A stretch of DNA of 64,000 nt, taken from a virus. Taxonomy: Duplodnaviria > Caudoviricetes. Each line of letters begins with the position of its first letter. Position 1 is the stretch's first letter. A model generated the notes under the pieces. The model was given only the letters and a program-made list of their open reading frames with translations. It was not told the DNA's origin and made no database searches. A program made the translations under genes and the position numbers. Location: the IMG/VR virus record IMGVR_UViG_3300033066_002315, positions 21-64,020 of that record, one strand, 5' to 3'. Below are positions 1-9,487 of the stretch, in pieces.

Positions 1-15
1 GCACGCCGCGCGATG

Positions 16-528
16 TCACAGGTCCGCCAAGCTCGGGCAGCCGCACGGCCCGACGTGATCGCAGGGGCGCGGCGGACACGTCGCGTGCTCATGGCCGCCG
101 CTCTCGGCCTCGCGGCGGTGCTCGCCGGGCTTGAAGGCGAGGCTGCAGGTGACGCACGCGCTCGCCCGCACCATGGGCCACTTCGAGATCTCGATCTCGC
201 CCATCCTCCGGAAGTCACACGCCCCGTCGTGGCCCTCCCCCTCGATGCGCCGGCACGTGTAGCCGACGCGGTCGCGTGGAGGGTACGCCCTGCACCTCCC
301 GCGAGCGGGCGAGCACGCGCGCGCGGACAGCTTCAAGCAGAGCTCGTCGACACGGCCCGGGTGATAGTCGCGCGCGGCCGCGCAGAGCACCGCGACGAGC
401 GAGAGCGCTGCGCGCGGCTCGTGCTCGTCGAGCATCCGGATTACCTCATCGTGCTCGCCCGCGATGAGCTTCCCGAGCAGGTACCTCGACGCGATCTCGT
501 GCTCCCTGTAGTTCTCGATCCTCTTCAT
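16..528 (-). CDS. Hypothetical protein, Cys/His-rich C-terminus
   Basis: ORF in a coupled minus-strand cascade; start overlaps upstream stop. Confidence 0.55.
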   Translation of the reverse strand: MKRIENYREHEIASRYLLGKLIAGEHDEVIRMLDEHEPRAALSLVAVLCAAARDYHPGRVDELCLKLSARACSPARGRCRAYPPRDRVGYTCRRIEGEGHDGACDFRRMGEIEISKWPMVRASACVTCSLAFKPGEHRREAESGGHEHATCPPRPCDHVGPCGCPSLADL

Positions 529-722
529 CGTTGCTTGTCTTTCTGCCCGCGCAGAGCCAGCTCCGCGACGAGCACCTCGAAGGCCTCTCTCATTCGCGCC
601 GCGTCCGCCTCCGACAGCGGCGCGCCGTGCTCGTCCTTTTCGAGCCAGAGATTCGCGCCTCCGTTGTCGAGAATGACCGCCGCGCCGTGGCAGACACGCC
701 GCTTCGCTTCGCGCGCGTTCAC
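525..722 (-). CDS. Hypothetical protein (65 aa)
   Basis: GTG at 722 overlaps TGA of upstream gene (GTGA coupling). Confidence 0.55.
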   Translation of the reverse strand: MNAREAKRRVCHGAAVILDNGGANLWLEKDEHGAPLSEADAARMREAFEVLVAELALRGQKDKQR

Positions 723-1003
723 GGCTTGATCTTCGTCGTCAGAACCAAGCTCGCCGCCATCTCGGCGCGCGCGCCGGCGAGCAGCGGGCACCACGCCGGC
801 GTGTCCCAGGTGGTGTCGCCGATGAAGGTGCCAGCCGCGCCATCGCGCACCGCCGGCGATTCCGGGTGCAGACAGAACACGCGCGTGCCGCTGTCCACGT
901 CGTTGCCGTCCTCGATCGAGTAGTGCGTACCCTGCTCGTGCACGCAGCCGTTGCACGAGGCCTTGATCGTCAGCTTCGGTCCGTTCCTCTTCTCCACCGT
1001 CAT
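719..1003 (-). CDS. Hypothetical protein with CxxC..C..C
   Basis: ORF with coupled start/stop; SCNGC...FCLH...WCP. Confidence 0.65.
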   Translation of the reverse strand: MTVEKRNGPKLTIKASCNGCVHEQGTHYSIEDGNDVDSGTRVFCLHPESPAVRDGAAGTFIGDTTWDTPAWCPLLAGARAEMAASLVLTTKIKP

Positions 1004-1281
1004 CGTCTCCTCGCTCTCTCGCGCACGGCGAGGGTCGACCCCTCGAGCCCCGCCGCGCGCACGTCATCGGTCTCCATGCAGCTCGGGCACGTCACCAGGC
1101 GATCGCCCGGCGCCGGCTCGCTGTTCTCGTCGATGAGCACGTCGACCGTGCTCGGCACCAGGCGCACCGACACCACGAGCCGAGCCCCGCGCTCGGGGCG
1201 GCGCGCGCGCACGCGAGCCTTGCCCGTCGCGTCGCAGATTGCGCAGAGCGGATCGGGCGCGCCGTGCTCCCACGTGGTCAT
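1000..1281 (-). CDS. Hypothetical Zn-finger protein (CxxC..CxxC)
   Basis: CAICDATG and CPSC motifs; coupled start/stop. Confidence 0.65.
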   Translation of the reverse strand: MTTWEHGAPDPLCAICDATGKARVRARRPERGARLVVSVRLVPSTVDVLIDENSEPAPGDRLVTCPSCMETDDVRAAGLEGSTLAVRERARRR

Positions 1282-2171
1282 TGCCCGCGCGGCCTCACGA
1301 TCACGTAGTCCTTCGCCTGCCCGCTGAAGCCGTGCTCGGCGACCTTGGAGAGCAGCTCGCCGATCGCGCTGTCCACGGTCGCGCGCGAGGCGCGCGCGGT
1401 CTCAGGTGCCGCAGCTTGAAGCTCTGCCACCTCTCGCGCCGTGCGGAGCGCCCACACTGCGCCGGCGAGGCCGGCGATCTCGATGAACGCGCGCGCGGCC
1501 GCGAACGAACTCTCGTCGCGGGAGTAGTGCCCGACCGTCGACGTGTTGTGCATGCTGTTCACGAGCGCGCCGCCCGGATCGGTGATGCAGGAGAAGTGCT
1601 CACCTGGTCGAGCGCTGACAGAGCGGCCAGCGGTGACGTGCTGCACGGTCTTGCTCGCGTACGCCGCCGGCGCCGAGAGCACCGCGCCGTGCTCGAGCGC
1701 GAGCGCGACCAGCGCGATCAAGCGGAAGGGATCCGAGGCCTCCGCGCCGAGGCGCACCAGCGCGCCGACCGTCTCGACGCCCCCCGCGCGGACGGTTCGC
1801 ACGAGGTGCGCAGGGAGACTCGCGCCGCGGTGAGGCTCGCCATCGCGAGCCGGCGGCGCGGAGATGCCGGCGGCCCCGTCATCGTAGAGCGTGATCGTCC
1901 ACGTCGTGCCGTCGACCTTGCACCGATAGTCCCGATCGAGAACGAGCTCGTCGAGACCAGCGCCAGCGCGCACGGGCTCGCTCGCGGAGCACGTCACCTT
2001 CTGCACCACGCGGCCAGGCTCGAAGCGCCGCGCGGCGCGCGCGGCCTTGTCGGCGCTGCGTGCCATGACGCTCACCAGGAACGGCTCGCCGCCGTACTCG
2101 GCCGTGTTGGTGATCTCGACCGTCCAGGGGACGGCAGCGCCGAAGCGGCGCGCGGGTATCGCGGCGCTCAC
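1278..2171 (-). CDS. Hypothetical protein (297 aa)
   Basis: GTG at 2171 overlaps upstream TGA; protein-like composition. Confidence 0.6.
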   Translation of the reverse strand: MSAAIPARRFGAAVPWTVEITNTAEYGGEPFLVSVMARSADKAARAARRFEPGRVVQKVTCSASEPVRAGAGLDELVLDRDYRCKVDGTTWTITLYDDGAAGISAPPARDGEPHRGASLPAHLVRTVRAGGVETVGALVRLGAEASDPFRLIALVALALEHGAVLSAPAAYASKTVQHVTAGRSVSARPGEHFSCITDPGGALVNSMHNTSTVGHYSRDESSFAAARAFIEIAGLAGAVWALRTAREVAELQAAAPETARASRATVDSAIGELLSKVAEHGFSGQAKDYVIVRPRGQ

Positions 2172-2434
2172 CGTGCGCCTCTGGCTCTCTGAACGGCGCG
2201 CTGGATCGCGCCAGCGCTTCCTTTCGAGGAGACCACGTTGCTCAGCAGCTCGCCCGCGTCGTAGCCCGTTGCGATGTCGGTCCATGTCTTCGTGCGCGCC
2301 TGCACCACGAAGCCATCCCCCTGCGCAAGACAGCGCAGCGCGAGACCATCGTTGATCGTCAAGCACCACACCGTTCGAGCTTCGGTCGCCGCGCGTCCAG
2401 CGACGCGCGCGCGCATGGCGTCTTCCTGGCTCAT
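2168..2434 (-). CDS. Hypothetical protein, paralog of the adjacent gene
   Basis: ATG 2434 overlaps TGA; LRCLAQGDGFVVQ motif shared with neighbour. Confidence 0.6.
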   Translation of the reverse strand: MSQEDAMRARVAGRAATEARTVWCLTINDGLALRCLAQGDGFVVQARTKTWTDIATGYDAGELLSNVVSSKGSAGAIQRAVQRARGAR

Positions 2435-2916
2435 GTTGACCTCGCCATCGCCGCCGGTGCGCGGTAGCAGGAGACGCACCATCCTGGCGCCGGGACTCGG
2501 CTCATCATCGCTCGACCGGCGTCGGTGAGCTCCGCGGTCCATCGCTCGCCATCGCTGCGACCACCAGGCCCGGTGCGCATCTCGCCGTTGTCATCCAACT
2601 GCACGAGGCCTTTGAGCCGCTGCGCGATGCGCACCTCGGCGCCGCGGAGGTAGCGCCCGCGCGGCACGAGGCTCTCCATCAGCTCAAGTTGCTTCTTCGT
2701 GAGGCCGCGCCGCTTCGGCAGTCGCTCACCCACAACGCGCGCGAGGAGATCGAGCGGGTTGTTACCATCGGGCTCGCCGCTGTCCTTCCAGCCGAGCACG
2801 GTCTGCTCCTGCACCACGAAGCCCGAGCCCTGAGCAATGCACCGGAACGAGACTTCTTCGTCGTCGTGCCCAAAGACGATGAGCCAGATGACCTCGCCAT
2901 CGCGTCGCTTCTTCAC
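2431..2916 (-). CDS. Hypothetical protein, paralog of the adjacent gene
   Basis: GTG 2916 overlaps TGA; FRCIAQGSGFVVQ motif. Confidence 0.6.
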   Translation of the reverse strand: MKKRRDGEVIWLIVFGHDDEEVSFRCIAQGSGFVVQEQTVLGWKDSGEPDGNNPLDLLARVVGERLPKRRGLTKKQLELMESLVPRGRYLRGAEVRIAQRLKGLVQLDDNGEMRTGPGGRSDGERWTAELTDAGRAMMSRVPAPGWCVSCYRAPAAMARST

Positions 2917-3029
2917 GATGCACCTCCGCGCTCGCACGCTTCTTCGTGCTCGGCCTCGGCGCGCGCCCGCTCCAGATCCTCCAGCGCGGTCGCCGCCTCG
3001 TGCTCGTCGCTGCTTCGCTTCGTGTCCAT
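2913..3029 (-). CDS. Small hypothetical protein (38 aa)
   Basis: Fills the gap exactly with coupled start and stop. Confidence 0.45.
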   Translation of the reverse strand: MDTKRSSDEHEAATALEDLERARAEAEHEEACERGGAS

Positions 3030-3253
3030 CAGCCATACCTCCGCGCGCGAATCTGCTGCGCCACGGCCGCGCGGATCGGCGGCCTCTGCGAGATCGGGAT
3101 TTTCTTCGCCAAGCTCGCCGCGGTGCGCGTGAGCAAGCCGCCGCAGACGCCGCAGTAAGCCTCTCCCTTCGAGACCAGCGGAAGCCCGGCTCGGTGTTCC
3201 CAGCACCAGATCACGTTGCACGTCGTGCAGCGGCCATGTCTCGTGTCTGCCAT
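3029..3253 (-). CDS. Zn-ribbon protein
   Basis: CTTC...CGVC pairs. Confidence 0.6.
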   Translation of the reverse strand: MADTRHGRCTTCNVIWCWEHRAGLPLVSKGEAYCGVCGGLLTRTAASLAKKIPISQRPPIRAAVAQQIRARRYG

Positions 3254-3256
3254 GGC

Positions 3257-3940
3257 TCAGGCATCCTCGTGCGTGATGGTGAGCACGGCCTCGCCGTTGT
3301 CGCCGGACGTGACCTCGGCGAGCATCGAGACGTTCTCGAGCCCGGGTCTTCCGCGGAGCACGCGCACGCCGAAGCTCCTGGCGCCGCGGAAGTCCACCGC
3401 ATAGCCGTCCTCGCCGTCGTCGGCGAAGACCACGCGCTCGACCTCGCTGGGTACGCAGCGCTTCACGCGCACCGCGCGGATCAGCGAGCGCAGCAACACG
3501 CGCGCCCGCCGCCGCTCGCGGCCTGCGCGCAGCGCCTTGTCGGCGAGCATCAAACGATGCTGCCACGGAGCGAGAGCGCCGTGGTCGAGGTGCGGCTCGA
3601 ACGAGAAGAGCATCGCGTCGCCGCGCCGAGCGCGCACGCTCTCCTGATAGATCGAGCGCGCTCTCGCGCGGGAGATCCTGCTCGTGATCTCGCGCGCCGA
3701 GACGTGGCGCACGTGGTCGCGAGGGTCGCGCGTGATCGCGTTCCACGCGCCGCGGGAGATCGCCACCGGGATCGCCCAGCCGAGCGGCCGCGCGAGGTCC
3801 GTCACGTCCCGCAGCTCGCCGCTCTCGATCGCCCGCGCGCGCGGGTACAGCTCCACGATCTCGTCGACGTAGACGACGGGTCCCTGCGCATCCTCGCGCG
3901 CCTCGTCGATCGCGCGGTCCGCTTGCTCGCTCGCATCCAT
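3257..3940 (-). CDS. DUF6573-like protein
   Basis: YPRARAIESGELRDVT...PVAISRGAW and C-terminal SGDNGEAVLTI match the family pattern as recalled; SD GAGGAGG upstream. Confidence 0.65.
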   Translation of the reverse strand: MDASEQADRAIDEAREDAQGPVVYVDEIVELYPRARAIESGELRDVTDLARPLGWAIPVAISRGAWNAITRDPRDHVRHVSAREITSRISRARARSIYQESVRARRGDAMLFSFEPHLDHGALAPWQHRLMLADKALRAGRERRRARVLLRSLIRAVRVKRCVPSEVERVVFADDGEDGYAVDFRGARSFGVRVLRGRPGLENVSMLAEVTSGDNGEAVLTITHEDA

Positions 3941-4028
3941 GGCCTGGCTCCTCCTCGGGCGTGTTGGTGATCGGCGCCCGCCGGCGCGCCTCATGCGGTG
4001 AGCACAAGGCGCGCGAGCAGAACCGCGA

Positions 4029-4421
4029 TCACGCCGCCTTCGATGCGCGCTTCGCTCGCCGCGCGCAGAACCGGCAGCACGAGCCGATTAGCACCTCGAC
4101 GCCATCGATCACGTCCAGTACCTCGACGCGCTCAATCTCGTCGCGGTGATTGCAGGAGCGAACGACCGCGTTGTAAGCGATGCGCGAGCGGCTCTTCTTC
4201 TCGCGCCGCGCCGCGCGCGCCGCGATCTTGTGGCCCTGCAGCAGCTCCACGTCGAAGACGTCGGCCACGCGGCCGATCGTGTCCTGGTTCCAAGAGCTGT
4301 CGAGGTTCCCGCTCGGATAGAGGACGTCGAGCACGCCCTGCGCGATGGTCTCGAGCTCCGCGCGGCTCAAGTCGCTCACCGTCTTCGCCCGTCGCACCGT
4401 GGTCCACTTGATCGTTGTCAT
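4029..4421 (-). CDS. Hypothetical protein
   Basis: ORF with SD GGAG; coupled to upstream stop. Confidence 0.6.
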   Translation of the reverse strand: MTTIKWTTVRRAKTVSDLSRAELETIAQGVLDVLYPSGNLDSSWNQDTIGRVADVFDVELLQGHKIAARAARREKKSRSRIAYNAVVRSCNHRDEIERVEVLDVIDGVEVLIGSCCRFCARRAKRASKAA

Positions 4422-4693
4422 TCTCTCCTCCAGCGTGCGGCGAGGATCAGCGCCTGTCGGTGCGCGTCCTCGCTGGTCAACAGCGCCTCCAAGCGCCGAA
4501 CGTCGGCGCGGAGGAAACTCGCGTACTCGCGCGCGCGGCGTCCGAGCAGAAAGCTCGTCAGCGCGTCGAGGCCCAGGTCGCGCTTCCTCCGCGCGTCCTC
4601 CGTCCAGTGAATCGCCAGCCCGGCCTCACGCGCGAGCGCGCGCCGCGACTGCAGCAGGTGAGCGAGCAGCTTTCTCTCTTCGCCCGTGATCAT
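4418..4693 (-). CDS. Hypothetical helical protein
   Basis: ATG 4693 overlaps upstream TGA. Confidence 0.55.
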   Translation of the reverse strand: MITGEERKLLAHLLQSRRALAREAGLAIHWTEDARRKRDLGLDALTSFLLGRRAREYASFLRADVRRLEALLTSEDAHRQALILAARWRRE

Positions 4694-4926
4694 CGCAGGA
4701 TGTACCCGCCGTCGTCGTAGACCCAGCCGCGCTTGAAGCCGGCCACGTCGCGGAGCTCGGCGTTCGTGTCGACCGCAACGCACGTCTCGCGGATCTCGTC
4801 CAGCGTCACCGCGCCGCGCTCCTCGGCCGCTGCCATGGTCGCGCTCTCGGCCTCCGTCGTGCCGATCTGCCGCTGGTAGGTGGCGAAGAACTTGTCTTTG
4901 CAGGGGATGTGCGTTCGGTGCGTCAT
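4690..4926 (-). CDS. Hypothetical protein, first gene of an early operon
   Basis: ATG 9 nt after the -10 CATACT of early promoter copy 1. Confidence 0.6.
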   Translation of the reverse strand: MTHRTHIPCKDKFFATYQRQIGTTEAESATMAAAEERGAVTLDEIRETCVAVDTNAELRDVAGFKRGWVYDDGGYILR

Positions 4927-4935
4927 GGTGAGAAG

Positions 4936-4975
4936 AGTATGCGTCACGAATGATGTTAGCGCAACAGGAATCGAC
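4936..4975 (-). promoter_or_regulatory. Early promoter copy 1 (TTGCGC-N17-CATACT)
   Basis: Matches the six-copy consensus; 17-bp spacer. Confidence 0.75.
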
Positions 4976-5012
4976 AGGGACGAGAAAGGAATGAAGCCCG
5001 GAGCGTGCTGGA

Positions 5013-5945
5013 TTATGGCCGGTAGCAGCGCGCGCAGACGGGCGGCCCGCCGTACGGATCGAGCTTGACAGCGGGTTCGCCGCACGAGCACGTGCCGAGG
5101 CTTTCCGCGGGCTTCGTCAGGATGCACCTCGGCCGCGTGCCCGAGGTCGAGGTGCACGGCATCGAGATGAAGAGCGTGGCCTGTGCACGCTGCCACGCGC
5201 GCATCTCCTCCAATTCGGCATGGAGCGCGGCATACGCTTCCGGCAACGTCGGCGCGCTCTGCACGAACTGCAGCATCCCGTGCACGCGCACCGTCCACTC
5301 GCCACCGTCGCGCGTGATGTCGACGCCCCACGTTCCACCGTGCACCTCGCCGAACGCGGTCAGCAGCCGCTCGATCGGATCGCGCGTCGCTTTCTCGACG
5401 AGCGCCTGCAACTGCGGCTCAAGCGCCCCGCCGCCCGCGCGCACGTCCTGCTCGTCGAGCGCGATCGTCTTGCCGTCGCCGTCGATGGTGCAGAGCACCA
5501 GCGCGCTCGTCACGCGCACGCCGTGATCGGTGATCGCGTCCTGCAGCACGCCGTCATCCAGCGCGTCGTTGACCGCAGGCTCGCAATCGTCGGGCGAGCC
5601 GGCGATCGTGAGCTGCACGATCACGCGCGTGCGCCTCGGCTCGTCGAAGAGCTCCTCGGCCTGCGCGCTGGCGACGCGTCCATCGTGCTCGGAGATCGCG
5701 CTCGTGCTCTCGCAGAACTGGTTCCATCCTTCGACCGAGAGCCACTGACGGATCGCTTCGCGGTCCTCTTCGGTCCCGCCGGTGATCTCATCCTCGCCGG
5801 CTTCGCCGAAGCGGCGCTGCTCGACGGCGTGCACCTCGACGCCGACGCCGACGTGCTCGGTGACGAACGCGGCCCACGCGTCGAAGAGCTCCTCGTCGCC
5901 CTCACTGCCAAGGTTCGCGCTGCTCAGCCTGATCGTGATGCTCAT
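5013..5945 (-). CDS. Hypothetical acidic protein (310 aa)
   Basis: Long ORF, SD GAGG, acidic composition. Confidence 0.65.
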   Translation of the reverse strand: MSITIRLSSANLGSEGDEELFDAWAAFVTEHVGVGVEVHAVEQRRFGEAGEDEITGGTEEDREAIRQWLSVEGWNQFCESTSAISEHDGRVASAQAEELFDEPRRTRVIVQLTIAGSPDDCEPAVNDALDDGVLQDAITDHGVRVTSALVLCTIDGDGKTIALDEQDVRAGGGALEPQLQALVEKATRDPIERLLTAFGEVHGGTWGVDITRDGGEWTVRVHGMLQFVQSAPTLPEAYAALHAELEEMRAWQRAQATLFISMPCTSTSGTRPRCILTKPAESLGTCSCGEPAVKLDPYGGPPVCARCYRP

Positions 5946-6364
5946 GATGGTCTGGTCCTCTCTCTGTTCACGTGGGTCGGGTTCTTCAGCCAAGCGCCGT
6001 CTTCATCGAAGCGCACCAGCTCGGCGCCGAGCACGGGCGCGCCCGTCTCGGCGAGCACGAACGTCGGCGCGCCGTACGGATCGTAGGTGAAGCGCTGCCA
6101 CCCGCCGCCCGAGCGCGTCGCGGGCGCGCGCTCGCGGAGCTCGCCGGCGGCGTAGGCGTGCACGCTGCGCGATCGCGTGCGCTGCACGGTCGCGCGAGCG
6201 CCGAGCTGCACGCGGAACTTGACGTGCTCCAGCTCGACGCGCTGCTCGTGCGCGATCACCTTCTCGCGCCCGTCGACGCGCGCGCGGACGCTCCACACGC
6301 GCGCGCGGGGCTCGCCGCTTCGTCGGCCGCCTTCGTTCAGGTTTCGATACACGTGCGCGCGCAT
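5942..6364 (-). CDS. Conserved phage protein (VYxNL...WSV...SVHA...YDPY pattern)
   Basis: Motif string recalled from a widespread uncharacterised phage family. Confidence 0.65.
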   Translation of the reverse strand: MRAHVYRNLNEGGRRSGEPRARVWSVRARVDGREKVIAHEQRVELEHVKFRVQLGARATVQRTRSRSVHAYAAGELRERAPATRSGGGWQRFTYDPYGAPTFVLAETGAPVLGAELVRFDEDGAWLKNPTHVNRERTRPS

Positions 6365-6368
6365 GGGG

Positions 6369-6584
6369 TCACCAGCCGATGCAATGCGATCCGCGGCTCT
6401 CCGGGTTCGCGTGGTGGTCCTGCACGATCCGCGGTTGCGAGATCGTCAGCCTGGTCCGCACGCCGCACTTGCAGCGCAGCTCAAGAGCCGCGAACGCGTG
6501 ACGATCGGCGCTCGCCGCGCGCGCGGCGTACATCTTCAGCATCCCGCGGCCGCAGTTGCCGCACTTCATGCGTTCGAACTTCAT
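6369..6584 (-). CDS. Zn-ribbon protein
   Basis: CGNC...CKC. Confidence 0.55.
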   Translation of the reverse strand: MKFERMKCGNCGRGMLKMYAARAASADRHAFAALELRCKCGVRTRLTISQPRIVQDHHANPESRGSHCIGW

Positions 6585-6628
6585 CGCCTGCCCTCCAATG
6601 CGGCGAGCCCGGGACCGCCGCCCGACGG

Positions 6629-7789
6629 CTACCGCGTCGCGCCGGCGAGCATCTTCACGCTCTCGCCCTCGCCGAGCGCCTCGCGACCCAGCTCGGAGTA
6701 GCTCGTCGCTCCAGCGCGCAGCGGGGCGTCGGCCGCGATCACGCACTCGATCGCGACCGTCCAGAGGCGCACGCCCTGCGCGCGCATGGTCTCGACGGCT
6801 GCGCGCTGCACCTCGACGCTCGCGGGATCGATCCCGTCCGTCGCCGTGATCACGTCGGCGCCCTGGTCGCCGCGCGCGGCGAGCCGCTTCACCTCGGCGA
6901 TCGCGGAGGTCAGCGCGAGCCCCACATCCGTCCCGCCCGAGAGGAAGTGCCCGATCATTTCGAGCACGCTCGCGGGATCGGACGCGACCAGATCGCGAAC
7001 GACAACGCTGGTACCGAAGTGGACGATCGCCACGCGGCGCTTCTCCGCGGCTGCCACGCGCGCGACGGCGATCGCCGCGGCCTTGGCCCACTCGTTACGC
7101 GAGCCGTGCATGGATCCGCTCTCGTCGAGCATGAGAACGATCGGACCGCGCGCGCGCTTGTCGGTGCCGCGCACCGCGTACTGCGGCGCCCGCCTGCGCG
7201 AGACATCGTAGAGCGCGGGGATCTCGAGGTGCTCGTCCATGATCGCCGCGTACATCGACGGCAACAGCCGCTCGACAGCGCCGCCGAGCTCCACCGAGTG
7301 AACCTCGCCCGCCATGCCCGCGACGCGTTGCGCGCTCGCTCCGCGGAGCGTGGCGTACATGCGACCAGCGAGCCGCGCGACGCGCGCCACCATCTCGGGC
7401 GGCGCTTTCGCGTCCGTCGCGCGCGCGTGCTCCCAGCTCGTCGAGAGATCCCAGCCGAACCCTTCGATCATGTCCTCGGCGCGCTTCGCGACAGCGCCGA
7501 ACGCGTCCCAGCCCTCCCGCGCGTGCTCGCGACGCTCGAATGCCGAGCGACCATAGCGAGGCGCCTGCCACAAGGCGGCGAACGCGGAGGCGGCTGCCAC
7601 GGCCTGCGTCGAGAGGATCGCAGCGTGCTCGATCGGCAGGGTGTCGCGCACGGCCTCCGCGAACGAGCCGGGCATGGGATCGCCCTGCTCCGTGATCGCG
7701 CCCCAGATCTCCGCCGCCACCGCGGCATCCGTTGCCGCGGCCGCCTTGACCACCTGATGCCGCTCGCGAGCCTTGATAAACGTGTCCAT
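6629..7789 (-). CDS. vWA domain protein (ViaA/CoxE-like)
   Basis: MIDAS motif MLDESGS, SGGTD, ITATDG; lies near a MoxR ATPase. Confidence 0.85.
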   Translation of the reverse strand: MDTFIKARERHQVVKAAAATDAAVAAEIWGAITEQGDPMPGSFAEAVRDTLPIEHAAILSTQAVAAASAFAALWQAPRYGRSAFERREHAREGWDAFGAVAKRAEDMIEGFGWDLSTSWEHARATDAKAPPEMVARVARLAGRMYATLRGASAQRVAGMAGEVHSVELGGAVERLLPSMYAAIMDEHLEIPALYDVSRRRAPQYAVRGTDKRARGPIVLMLDESGSMHGSRNEWAKAAAIAVARVAAAEKRRVAIVHFGTSVVVRDLVASDPASVLEMIGHFLSGGTDVGLALTSAIAEVKRLAARGDQGADVITATDGIDPASVEVQRAAVETMRAQGVRLWTVAIECVIAADAPLRAGATSYSELGREALGEGESVKMLAGATR

Positions 7790-7802
7790 GTCCTGATCCC
7801 TT

Positions 7803-8054
7803 TCACGCCACGCGGCGAAGACCGGCGAGGAAACCGAAGCGCTCGCCACCGTCGATGACAGTCGACGCGACCGCGCCGAGGTCGAGCAGCTCTTCGATCG
7901 CCGCGTTGACGATCGCCGCCTCGGTGCGGTGGAGCGCCGCGAACACGTAGGCCTCGGTTTGCTCGCCGCAGGCGAGCAACGAGAGAACGGTGAACGCGGC
8001 CGCACGAACCGCAGAGGGGAGAGCGCGAATCGCAGTGATCGTCGTGTTCTTCAT
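7803..8054 (-). CDS. Small hypothetical protein (possible wHTH)
   Basis: ATG 9 nt after the -10 of early promoter copy 2. Confidence 0.55.
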   Translation of the reverse strand: MKNTTITAIRALPSAVRAAAFTVLSLLACGEQTEAYVFAALHRTEAAIVNAAIEELLDLGAVASTVIDGGERFGFLAGLRRVA

Positions 8055-8063
8055 CGTGAGAAG

Positions 8064-8103
8064 AGTATGCATCAGAAAAGATGTCGGCGCAACATGAATC
8101 GAC
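8064..8103 (-). promoter_or_regulatory. Early promoter copy 2 (TTGCGC-N17-CATACT)
   Basis: Near-identical to copy 1 including the CTTCTCAC leader. Confidence 0.75.
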
Positions 8104-8227
8104 ACGTACCGGAAAGGACTAGAAAAGAGGCGGAAGCCTGCGCGCCACAAGCCCGAAGGCGCCACCTTGGCGGCACCTGTCGGGCGCGTGGCGAGCCTTT
8201 CGGCCGCCGATGATGGGAAGGGAAGGA

Positions 8228-9385
8228 TCAGGAAGCGCCGGCCGTGGAACGGGCGCGGAGCGAGGAGAGACCACCGAACCCGGCGCGCGTCTCCTGAGTG
8301 ACGACCTGGAACGCGTCGACCAGCTCTTCGCGCCCGCGACCGATGCGCTGCAGCGCACTGCGCGAGATCCCCGCCGCGATGATGGCGTCAACCTGCACCG
8401 TCGCCGACTGCAGCGCGGTCGCGATGGCGCCCGCCGCCGCACGGCGCGCCGCGGGCTCGCTCGGCCGCGTGTTGAACTGCTTTAGCGCGACGTCGATGAT
8501 CGCGACCGCGCGCGCGGCCGGACCCTGGTCGACCTTCTTCAGGATCTCGATCACCTGGGCGCGCTCCTCCGGGCGATTCCACAGACCGAAGCGGAGCACG
8601 CGCAGATCATCGAGCTCCACCTCGTCGCGACCAGCGAGCCACGCCGCGGCGCGGAGGACGTTCGTCAGCGAGACCCACCGGCGATCGCTGGCGATGATGC
8701 CCGCGGCTGCGCACGCCTTTTTGACGGCCAGCATGCCGCGGATCACGCTCTGGGGAAGCGACACGGCGCGCACGGCGCGCACGGCCTCCGCGAGATCGGC
8801 CAGCGAGATCGTCTCCTCGGGAACGTACGCGGGCGTGCCTGCCATGAGGGACATCCACGCGTCTTCTCCTTCGATGTACGCCACCTCTTCGCGGAGCAGA
8901 AAGCGATCGTAGATCGCGGCGAGGGACTCGCCCTCGGGCAGCTCGTTGGACGCCGCGACCACGTAGCGGAGCGGGATCGGCGCGCCCTTGTAGAGCCGCT
9001 CGTTCATCGCCGAGAGGAGAGTGTTCAGAACGCTATCCGAGCCCTTGAAAACCTCGTCGAGGAAGGCGCACTCGACCGCGCCGAGGCGGCCTTCGAGAGC
9101 GCGCTCCCACCGATCCTCTTTGAGCGCGGAGAGCTTCACCGGGCCGAACATCTCGTCTTCGGTGGAGAACTTCGTGACCAGCGTCTGAAACTTCCGCGCA
9201 TCGGTCAGGTGAGAGAGCACCGCGAAGAAGAGCGCCGACTTCGCCGTTCCGGGCGGGCCAACCAGGAGCGCGTGCTGACCCGACAGGAGCGCGAGCAACA
9301 CGGCCTCGATCGCGCCTTCGCGCTCCGCGAAGCTGTCGGTGAGCTGGGAATAGATGCCGCGGAACTTGGCGCTGTCGATGGTCAT
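8228..9385 (-). CDS. MoxR/RavA-family AAA+ ATPase
   Basis: Walker A GPPGTAKS, Walker B FLDEVFK, AASNELP, DRFLLR. Confidence 0.9.
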   Translation of the reverse strand: MTIDSAKFRGIYSQLTDSFAEREGAIEAVLLALLSGQHALLVGPPGTAKSALFFAVLSHLTDARKFQTLVTKFSTEDEMFGPVKLSALKEDRWERALEGRLGAVECAFLDEVFKGSDSVLNTLLSAMNERLYKGAPIPLRYVVAASNELPEGESLAAIYDRFLLREEVAYIEGEDAWMSLMAGTPAYVPEETISLADLAEAVRAVRAVSLPQSVIRGMLAVKKACAAAGIIASDRRWVSLTNVLRAAAWLAGRDEVELDDLRVLRFGLWNRPEERAQVIEILKKVDQGPAARAVAIIDVALKQFNTRPSEPAARRAAAGAIATALQSATVQVDAIIAAGISRSALQRIGRGREELVDAFQVVTQETRAGFGGLSSLRARSTAGAS

Positions 9386-9429
9386 TGCGTGCTCCTCTGT
9401 TCGGCGCGTCGTGCGCCGTTGACTTGATG

Positions 9430-9469
9430 AATATGCAATAGAACGGATGGCGTCGCAACAAGAAACGAC
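9430..9469 (-). promoter_or_regulatory. Early promoter copy 3 (TTGCGA-N17-CATATT)
   Basis: Consensus match upstream of the MoxR gene. Confidence 0.7.
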
Positions 9470-9487
9470 ATCGAAGAGAAAGAAAGC

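Noticed and set aside
5972-7858. Long plus-strand ORF (628 aa) and many other long antisense or overlapping ORFs (e.g. 38191-39858, 43000-45045, 51315-53093)
   Set aside because: Arg/Ala/Gly-rich shadow ORFs typical of high-GC DNA, opposite or out of frame with genes that carry clear motifs
8142-8193. Long imperfect hairpin downstream of the MoxR gene as an ncRNA
   Set aside because: GC-rich pairing is easily obtained by chance, with no clear U-tract or other support; at most a terminator
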